DNA of 4,581 nucleotides from a virus (Duplodnaviria; Heunggongvirae; Uroviricota; Caudoviricetes): IMG/VR virus record IMGVR_UViG_2558860290_000012; one strand, 5' to 3'. Shown piece by piece: positions 1 to 4,581 of this stretch (position 1 is its first letter; each line of letters starts with the position of its first letter). The notes under the pieces were generated by a model. It saw only the letters and a program-made list of their open reading frames with translations, ran no database searches and was not told where the DNA came from. The position numbers and the translations under genes were made by a program.

Positions 1-371
1 CCATCCACCAAACTAAGGTTTTCGAGAGCCGTTTTCACCGTGCCATCCGATTTGATATCACCAAACGGATTCTTGCGGCTCAGGTATTCAACAGCAAACC
101 CCGATCCCAGCAATTCAACAAAACCGGGCAGATCACCATTATCAAGCACATCCCGTTGCGTTTTGTCACTTACAAACTGGGCCAGAGCTGCCGCAATAAA
201 GCTGGCCTGTCGAATAACCTTATTGACTTGCGCACTGGAGGCTTTTCCTGCTGTAAATCCGGATAAAAGCGCAGGCAACGCTTCCCATTCCTCCTGCGAC
301 ATAACATTGGCACTTCGATCCGTTGCAAACGCTTTAAAGTCATTTTTCGCCATCAGAGTAATACTCCCCAT
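1..371 (-). CDS. Tail fibre protein, N-terminal portion (5' end of gene; ORF continues past the left edge of the window)
   Basis: Hand translation of the minus strand from ATG (complement of 369..371) gives MGSITLMAKNDFKAFATDRSANVMSQEEWEALPALLSGFTAGKASSAQVNKVIRQASFIAAALAQFVSDKTQRDVLDNGDLPGFVELLGSGFAVEYLSRKNPFGDIKSDGTVKTALENLSLVDG... with no stop before position 1. In-frame stop upstream at 381..383. Alternative start at the second Met (complement of 351..353) has a better-spaced GGGAG upstream. Position directly downstream of the I-like gene (34 nt gap) matches the V-W-J-I-H order of P2-type baseplate operons. Not in the supplied ORF track because it is truncated by the window edge. Confidence 0.7.
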   Translation of the reverse strand, partial: MGSITLMAKNDFKAFATDRSANVMSQEEWEALPALLSGFTAGKASSAQVNKVIRQASFIAAALAQFVSDKTQRDVLDNGDLPGFVELLGSGFAVEYLSRKNPFGDIKSDGTVKTALENLSLVD

Positions 372-405
372 GCTCCTACATCAAAACCACTGATGAATTC
401 GTTAT

Positions 406-1032
406 CTATATCAAAACCAAAAATTTTGAGCCTTCCGATGGGGTTTCCACCGAAGGTGTTTCAATGCCTCCCGCCCATACCCCGGCGGCTTTTACTGTGA
501 GATACCCCTGTTTAATTGCCGCAATTAACTCACGCGATACATCTGAAATATCAGTATCAGGAAAGACCCAGACCGATATCGTCATGTCCTGGTTATCGAC
601 TATCTGCATTCGCAGCCCGGATCCTGCTGTTGCAGCGTCAAGAATTGCCGGAAGCGAATCATTCCGTCCGTCCCAGTTATTAATCGCAATCTTCGCTTTA
701 AGGATGACACGATAAGTTTCATCGCTGAGGTACATGTATCCGGAATCAGGATCGTATGGCCCCTGCCATACACCTTGATCATATCCAAGCCCGTCGGTAT
801 CCCAGCTGAAATAGACACCTGAGATAGGCTGGCTGACAACACGGCTACGTCCGATCCACAATCCCAGAATGTCAAGTTGCACACCAACCGCAGAGTCAAT
901 ATCAAATGCAGTAATCAGCCCTCTGGTGGCAGCCGCAACATCAATAAGCGGCCGGGTCATCAGATCAACATGCGCAAGAAATTTAGGTTTGGTGGCGTGG
1001 TAGTTCGTGATTAGTTCGGTGTATTTGCTCAT
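406..1032 (-). CDS. Baseplate/tail protein, P2 gpI-like or Mu gp48-like (YmfQ/DUF2313-type) - assignment by size and synteny
   Basis: 208-aa ORF in the supplied track. Its ATG (complement of 1030..1032) overlaps the stop of the upstream J-like gene in an ATGA arrangement (complement of 1029..1032), indicating translational coupling. Lies between a J-like gene and the tail-fibre gene, the position of gpI/gp48-type proteins in P2/Mu-type baseplate clusters. Confidence 0.7.
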   Translation of the reverse strand: MSKYTELITNYHATKPKFLAHVDLMTRPLIDVAAATRGLITAFDIDSAVGVQLDILGLWIGRSRVVSQPISGVYFSWDTDGLGYDQGVWQGPYDPDSGYMYLSDETYRVILKAKIAINNWDGRNDSLPAILDAATAGSGLRMQIVDNQDMTISVWVFPDTDISDVSRELIAAIKQGYLTVKAAGVWAGGIETPSVETPSEGSKFLVLI

Positions 1033-2228
1033 GACTCCACCGTTATAACGATATTTTCCGGGGTACAGGACGCAGATTCGTTGTATCTGATATCAATGTT
1101 TGATGACGACAAAGCCCCCGGGGATTTCCCAATCGTCAGTTCCTGAATATCGTAATAGCGTGCATTCCCGCCACTCACCACGCCAAGATTGGCCGGTGAG
1201 TAAATGCGACTTAAAAGGACTGAATCACCAATCGTCAGACTATTGATATAGTCGGAAATAGCCTGCTGGATCTGCTGCCCTATCTGTGAGGTATAACCCG
1301 TAAAAACTTTTAATTTAATCCGGGCATAAACAGGCACATCACTGGAACGCGAGAATTTGATTACATGGGGATTGCCGTATTTATCCGGAACCGTAACGGA
1401 TGTTGTACCGTGAGTGGCTGTCCCCTGACCTTTATTCCCTCTGATAGCCTGAGCAATATCCGTCACATCTCCGCCATCCACAATTACAGCAACAGAGTGT
1501 GGCGGTAACCCGTTACCGTCCTCCGAACCAGTATCGTTTTCATAGAGTTTGTGGCGGGTTACACCGGTAACATTAGAAACGGCACCATCCAGTGCTTCAA
1601 ATGGGGTTATTGATGGCAACGCAACACTTTGCGACTGGCGGATACGTAACTCAGCATCAGTTTCTGCCGGAGAGCCAACAGTAGCCGCAGCAGGATTAGT
1701 TACCGAAACCCAGCCACGGGTTGGCGTATTAATTTCAGTGATAGTTCCAGCCAGCGCCGCCACTGCACCACTGACGGAACATGTTGCGGTCGCTATCACT
1801 GTACCATCCACGCCGACCGCCACTGAAGCAGGCAAACGCCATATCACATTATTACTGTCTTTCACGCTGCCATTAATGATGGTTGTTCCGGCAGTTCCTG
1901 TAAGAAGCAAATCAACCGTAGAGTTCGTCGCGCCTTTACGTGAAATACCATTTATTTTCACGTTGCTGGTCAGTGCAGCCCCATAGCCGGTTGCCGGTGA
2001 AAAACAGTTGTAGACAGTTATCGCCATATTATTGGCATCATGAATCGCCAGCGCCATCAGAGCCACCATCTGGCCGTCTTTGCTGTCCGGTTCGAGGTAG
2101 GCATCACTGCCATAAATCTGCTGAAAATAGCTAATCAGGGTGCTGAGTATCGTCTGATAATCAGGCGCACTGATCCCCTCTGCGGTTACCTTTGCAGATA
2201 AACCAAGAGAATCAAGGTTCAGAGCCAT
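1029..2228 (-). CDS. Baseplate assembly protein J-like (T4 gp6 / P2 gpJ / Mu gp47 family)
   Basis: 399-aa ORF, the longest in the window. Contains an extended Gly/Thr/Ala/Val/Ser-rich central segment typical of baseplate J proteins. Start ATG (complement of 2226..2228) overlaps the stop of the upstream W-like gene (TAATG, complement of 2226..2230). Flanked by small-wedge and I-like genes in canonical order. Confidence 0.78.
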   Translation of the reverse strand: MALNLDSLGLSAKVTAEGISAPDYQTILSTLISYFQQIYGSDAYLEPDSKDGQMVALMALAIHDANNMAITVYNCFSPATGYGAALTSNVKINGISRKGATNSTVDLLLTGTAGTTIINGSVKDSNNVIWRLPASVAVGVDGTVIATATCSVSGAVAALAGTITEINTPTRGWVSVTNPAAATVGSPAETDAELRIRQSQSVALPSITPFEALDGAVSNVTGVTRHKLYENDTGSEDGNGLPPHSVAVIVDGGDVTDIAQAIRGNKGQGTATHGTTSVTVPDKYGNPHVIKFSRSSDVPVYARIKLKVFTGYTSQIGQQIQQAISDYINSLTIGDSVLLSRIYSPANLGVVSGGNARYYDIQELTIGKSPGALSSSNIDIRYNESASCTPENIVITVES

Positions 2229-2581
2229 TACGCCTCCGATGTAACAGTCGTTATTCCATAAAGAGTGTCGATTTCAGCGGAAAACATGACACGTCGGGTC
2301 GTGGTATCCACTGTCGTATTGAAAGAGAGGATTGATTTAACGCCCCGCGTTTCGAGGATGCGCTTACGGATCGCCAGGTTGTAGGTTTCCGGCTTCTGCT
2401 TACCGAGTACTGACTGGGTCCACGGAGTCCCTTCGGTGGTATCGAGAAACCATTGCCCATACCACAATTCGAATCGCGTTTTTACCGCCTGCGCCACGGC
2501 CTCCGGTGAGTTAATCAGCCAGGTATCATCGCCGCTGCCAAAGGTGTAATCACCGTCGGCGTCTTCGCGTCTGTATCGCAT
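2228..2581 (-). CDS. Small baseplate wedge protein (occupies the P2 gpW / T4 gp25 / Mu gp46 position)
   Basis: 117-aa ORF of the size expected for gpW/gp25-type proteins. Its ATG (complement of 2579..2581) overlaps the stop of the spike gene (TGATG, complement of 2579..2583) and its stop overlaps the J-like start. Family assignment rests on position and size; I could not recognise a diagnostic motif by eye. Confidence 0.6.
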   Translation of the reverse strand: MRYRREDADGDYTFGSGDDTWLINSPEAVAQAVKTRFELWYGQWFLDTTEGTPWTQSVLGKQKPETYNLAIRKRILETRGVKSILSFNTTVDTTTRRVMFSAEIDTLYGITTVTSEA

Positions 2582-3333
2582 CAGTTCACCCCGTCTGTGT
2601 TGCTTCCGCCTCGCTGAACCCCGCTGTGCGTGTGCGTATCATCAATTGACTTGCCGTTAGCTTTAACGGTACCGATAAACTCGACAGCGCCGGTGATTTT
2701 GGATGCAACTCCAGAAGCAACAGACCCCACCATTCCACCCAGCCAGGACAGTAGCCCGTGAATGGTTACTTTCGCCGAGAAGTCGGCCAGCGGGGTAACT
2801 ACATCCAGACCGCCAGGCGCTACGATTTTAATTTTCTGCGTATCCGGATTAAGGTCGATGTACGTACTTCCATCAACACTTCGAAGCTGCGCCGACGTGG
2901 TGCTGACATTCTTAATTTTGTTGGGCTGAGATATTTGACCCACTGAGCAGGTGGCGTCGGACAGGTCATGTATGCGGTCGTCGACAGGTTCCTGCACTCC
3001 ACCGTTTTGCCAGAAGAAATCAATACAGCGGTCTTGAAACTTAAGTTCGCACTCATCGCCGGGGCTCACCGGCAACGTTAAAGTAACTCCCCCGGCCGTT
3101 GGGAATACCACGGGAACATCCACCAGCAGCGGGTAAGGTTTTGTCACCCGGTTACCATCGTTATCGATCTCAACGTAACGGATAGCAGGCTGCACAACCG
3201 CCGTAACCGCGTCAGGATCGAATGACTGAATAATGCCAGGCAAAGCGACGCGGATCTGGTTCTTTGTTGTTTCCCGTTCAGATTTGAATGTTTCAGCAAG
3301 GTCGCCGCTGCGGGTCTGGTCAGATACTGCCAT
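2581..3333 (-). CDS. Baseplate central spike protein (P2 gpV / Mu gp45-like)
   Basis: 250-aa ORF, first gene of the coupled baseplate block. C-terminus ...KANGKSIDDTHTHSGVQRGGSNTDGVN carries an H-x-H motif (His234 and His236, nt 2626..2634 complement) in a Gly/Ser/Thr-rich tip, as expected for the metal-binding apex of gpV/gp138-type spikes. GGAG Shine-Dalgarno about 9 nt upstream of the ATG (complement of 3342..3345). Confidence 0.72.
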   Translation of the reverse strand: MAVSDQTRSGDLAETFKSERETTKNQIRVALPGIIQSFDPDAVTAVVQPAIRYVEIDNDGNRVTKPYPLLVDVPVVFPTAGGVTLTLPVSPGDECELKFQDRCIDFFWQNGGVQEPVDDRIHDLSDATCSVGQISQPNKIKNVSTTSAQLRSVDGSTYIDLNPDTQKIKIVAPGGLDVVTPLADFSAKVTIHGLLSWLGGMVGSVASGVASKITGAVEFIGTVKANGKSIDDTHTHSGVQRGGSNTDGVN

Positions 3334-3352
3334 TTAGTAGGCTCCAGAAAGC

Positions 3353-3377
3353 AAAAAACCCGCCGGGTGGCGGGTTT
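3353..3377 (-). terminator. Rho-independent (intrinsic) terminator at the end of the accessory cassette
   Basis: On the minus strand, directly after the TAA stop of the 138-aa gene (complement of 3376..3378): AAACCCGCC-ACCC-GGCGGGTTTTTT. A 6-bp all-GC stem (3359..3364 pairs with 3369..3374), 4-nt loop (3365..3368), then a run of 6 U (plus-strand A run 3353..3358). The plus-strand orientation has only a 3-T tract, so function is mainly on the minus-strand transcript. Confidence 0.78.
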
Positions 3378-3792
3378 ATGAATCGTAGGTTTTCAATTTT
3401 TCGAGTTCATCAGGAGGAAGTTCTATGAAGGTTTCCTCTGCTAATTTTATCAGCCGGGGAAGCATCGAATCAGCTTGCTGATGAGCGTTTGGGCTGATGA
3501 TTGCCAATATCTGATAGTGTTCATCGATATAAAGATGCTGAGCATATACCAAAAAATTATCACATGTCCGTTCACTCAGAGATGCTTCTGGAGGCCAGGG
3601 TTTATCGCCAGGTAGCTTTAAGTGAATTTTCCTGATATTGGCAGCCATCGCATCATAGTTACGTTCAAAACCGCCTAACGAACCAAAACACCAGAACTGG
3701 GAACCCTTTGAAATATAATCGGCAAGCATTTGAGCATACTTATGTGCTGCAGCTAAATGACGCAATTCTCCCGTGATACTGACTTTTGCCAT
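3376..3792 (-). CDS. Hypothetical protein (138 aa), second gene of the two-gene accessory cassette; function unknown
   Basis: ORF in the supplied track. Start ATG (complement of 3790..3792) lies 1 nt after the TGA stop of the upstream gene (minus strand reads TGA-C-ATG), indicating coupled translation. AT-rich codon choice (TTA, AGT, ATA, TAT frequent) and about 40-45% GC in the 60-nt blocks I hand-counted, against about 48-62% in the baseplate genes. No resemblance to structural proteins that I can recognise. Contains R11-H12-x4-H17 (RHLAAAH). Confidence 0.7.
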   Translation of the reverse strand: MAKVSITGELRHLAAAHKYAQMLADYISKGSQFWCFGSLGGFERNYDAMAANIRKIHLKLPGDKPWPPEASLSERTCDNFLVYAQHLYIDEHYQILAIISPNAHQQADSMLPRLIKLAEETFIELPPDELEKLKTYDS

Positions 3793-3793
3793 G

Positions 3794-4366
3794 TCACATC
3801 CATTTAGGGGCGTTGGCTCCCAGCATCTTATGCGATGTTGAGATCAGTTCAATAGCCTCTTCACGGGTAACATTATCTGACAAGAGTTCAGCCTGGAAAG
3901 GCTGCGATTGCCTAACTTCAGCGGCCAACTGAGTTGCAGTGTTCTCGACGGCGGTCAACGCACGAACATATTTGCGTTTTAATGGGCGCAACATTTGCAG
4001 ATGGCCTTGCCACATAGGGGACCTTTCCGCTTCAGAGAACATATCCACTAAATGTCCTTTAGCATTTCGGCATGCCTTGGCAAGACCTTCGAGATGGGAT
4101 AAAAACCCTTCCGGAAGCTCATCAACAATGATTCTCCCATTTCGAAAAGCTTCGAGATGAGACATGCCTTCCTTCGCGGTATTTTCGATTTCTTGAGCGC
4201 GTGCAGCAATCGCGGTACAACGACGAAATGCCTCTTCAGCATCTAATCGTTGTGGCAGTTCACAAGCATTAGAGATCAGGGGTTTGAAAGCACCGTTAAC
4301 AGCTTCCTGAACCTGATTCATTTGTTGTGTAATTGTTGCCAGCGCAAATGCGTAGCTAATCGCCAT
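3794..4366 (-). CDS. Hypothetical helix-rich protein (190 aa from ATG; the ORF track's 192 aa begins at an in-frame TTG at 4372) with an R-N-x3-H motif; first gene of the accessory cassette
   Basis: ORF in the supplied track (3794..4372). I prefer the ATG at the complement of 4364..4366 because GAGGG (complement of about 4374..4378) sits about 7 nt upstream of it, whereas the TTG at 4372 is too close to that Shine-Dalgarno sequence. Sequence is rich in Ala/Glu/Leu/Gln/Arg, consistent with an all-alpha fold. Motif C-R102-N-A-K-G-H107-L, encoded at nt 4052..4069 (complement), was verified codon by codon. Confidence 0.7.
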   Translation of the reverse strand: MAISYAFALATITQQMNQVQEAVNGAFKPLISNACELPQRLDAEEAFRRCTAIAARAQEIENTAKEGMSHLEAFRNGRIIVDELPEGFLSHLEGLAKACRNAKGHLVDMFSEAERSPMWQGHLQMLRPLKRKYVRALTAVENTATQLAAEVRQSQPFQAELLSDNVTREEAIELISTSHKMLGANAPKWM

Positions 4367-4372
4367 ACCCAA

Positions 4373-4568
4373 TCCCTCTGTCGTTTTAAACGACTATACA
4401 CCACTTATTCAAAGTTAGCTGAGCGCTAAAAGTTCGCAAAGTTTAGTGATCATGCAACCACCTAGCAAGCGATAAAAAATCATTATTTAGTGAATGTGAA
4501 CAAACTCAACACTATGCAGAAATGTAACTTTTGGTTAACCATCAACCTTTTTACACGGGAAAGATCCG
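4373..4568 (-). promoter_or_regulatory. AT-rich non-coding region upstream of the cassette; putative promoter/operator region
   Basis: No convincing ORF on either strand. Candidate -10 TATAGT on the minus strand (complement of 4393..4398) about 26 nt upstream of the ATG, with poor -35 candidates. Three direct copies of AAAGTT at 4411..4416, 4429..4434 and 4438..4443. Inverted repeat TTAGC-N5-GCTAA at 4415..4429. Perfect palindrome GGTTAACC at 4533..4540. GTGAA-T-GTGAA at 4490..4500. Promoter hexamers were called by eye only. Confidence 0.35.
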
Positions 4569-4581
4569 ATGATTTTCGGTG

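Noticed and set aside
40-393. Plus-strand ORF of 117 aa from the supplied track
   Set aside because: Lies antisense to the tail-fibre N-terminal coding region, which has a far more protein-like translation and correct synteny. The plus-strand product is Ser/Pro/Leu-rich low complexity with no ribosome-binding site I could see.
464-905. Plus-strand ORF 464..715 (83 aa) and minus-strand ORF 600..905 (101 aa)
   Set aside because: Both are embedded in or overlap the 208-aa I-like gene in other frames or antisense; short and of atypical composition; explained as frame shadows.
1549-2134. Plus-strand ORFs 1549..1986 (145 aa) and 1940..2134 (64 aa)
   Set aside because: Antisense to the J-like gene in its GC-rich, low-complexity region, where long spurious antisense frames are expected; no independent start signals.
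2251-3056. Minor ORFs 2251..2460 (-), 2758..2946 (+) and 2820..3056 (-)
   Set aside because: Alternative-frame or antisense ORFs nested inside the W-like and spike genes; the longer coupled ORFs account for the region.
3334-3480. P2-type late promoter (TGT-N12-ACA activator site) upstream of the spike gene
   Set aside because: There is no TGT triplet at all in the roughly 150 nt upstream of the spike ATG on either strand, so no Ogr-type site can be present.
3640-3690. Nucleotidyltransferase (MNT-type) motif in the 138-aa protein, at FGSLGGFERNYD
   Set aside because: There is a G-S followed by Asp after 8 residues, but the required D-x-D/E dyad is absent (the sequence reads D-A-M), so this is not an NTase signature.
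3939-4242. ORFs 3939..4160 (+) and 4048..4242 (-) inside the 190-aa cassette gene
   Set aside because: Nested in or antisense to the longer ORF, which has a proper Shine-Dalgarno sequence and start and is coupled to the downstream gene.
4367-4372. TTG at 4372 as start of the first cassette gene (as drawn in the ORF track, 192 aa)
   Set aside because: The in-frame ATG two codons downstream (4366) has a GAGGG Shine-Dalgarno at ideal spacing; the TTG would sit only about 2 nt from it.
4569-4581. Possible plus-strand gene start (ATG ATT TTC GGT...) with GGGAAAG about 8 nt upstream at the right edge
   Set aside because: Only 4 codons are visible, so it cannot be evaluated. If real, it would make 4373..4568 a divergent promoter region.
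4483-4581. Minus-strand frame open from the right edge down to a TAA at 4483..4485 (possible 3' end of an upstream gene)
   Set aside because: Only about 32 codons, in AT-rich sequence with an implausible translation (HRKSSDLSRVKRLMVNQKLHFCIVLSLFTFTK); an open stretch this short is expected by chance.
1-4581. CRISPR arrays, tRNA/rRNA genes, transposase or insertion-sequence ends, integrase or att sites
   Set aside because: No spaced direct-repeat array, no cloverleaf-capable tRNA-like segment and no long terminal inverted repeats were seen by eye; the window appears to be internal to a tail module plus one accessory cassette.

Overview
The window is dominated by a minus-strand myophage-type baseplate/tail-fibre module, with an unusual two-gene accessory cassette immediately upstream. 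The baseplate genes are tightly packed and translationally coupled, in the order spike (V-like, 2581..3333), small wedge (W-like, 2228..2581), J-like (1029..2228), I-like (406..1032), then the 5' end of a tail-fibre gene (1..371, running off the window). The cassette (3376..4366) has two co-directional, stop/start-coupled ORFs of about 190 and 138 aa, with lower GC and AT-rich codon choice than the structural genes. It is preceded by a roughly 200 bp AT-rich non-coding region with repeat motifs (4373..4568) and followed by a textbook intrinsic terminator (3353..3377) that ends only 20 nt before the spike gene start. Neither cassette protein looks like a virion structural protein to me. The larger one carries an R-N-x3-H motif (the HEPN RNase signature spacing) in a helical context. 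I regard the cassette as a candidate moron, possibly a defence/superinfection-exclusion or toxin-immunity pair, and the most interesting part of the window; this is inference from sequence context, not a database result. All functional calls come from my reading of the translations, gene order and composition, since no searches could be run. Gene symbols are left blank because I cannot assign them with certainty.
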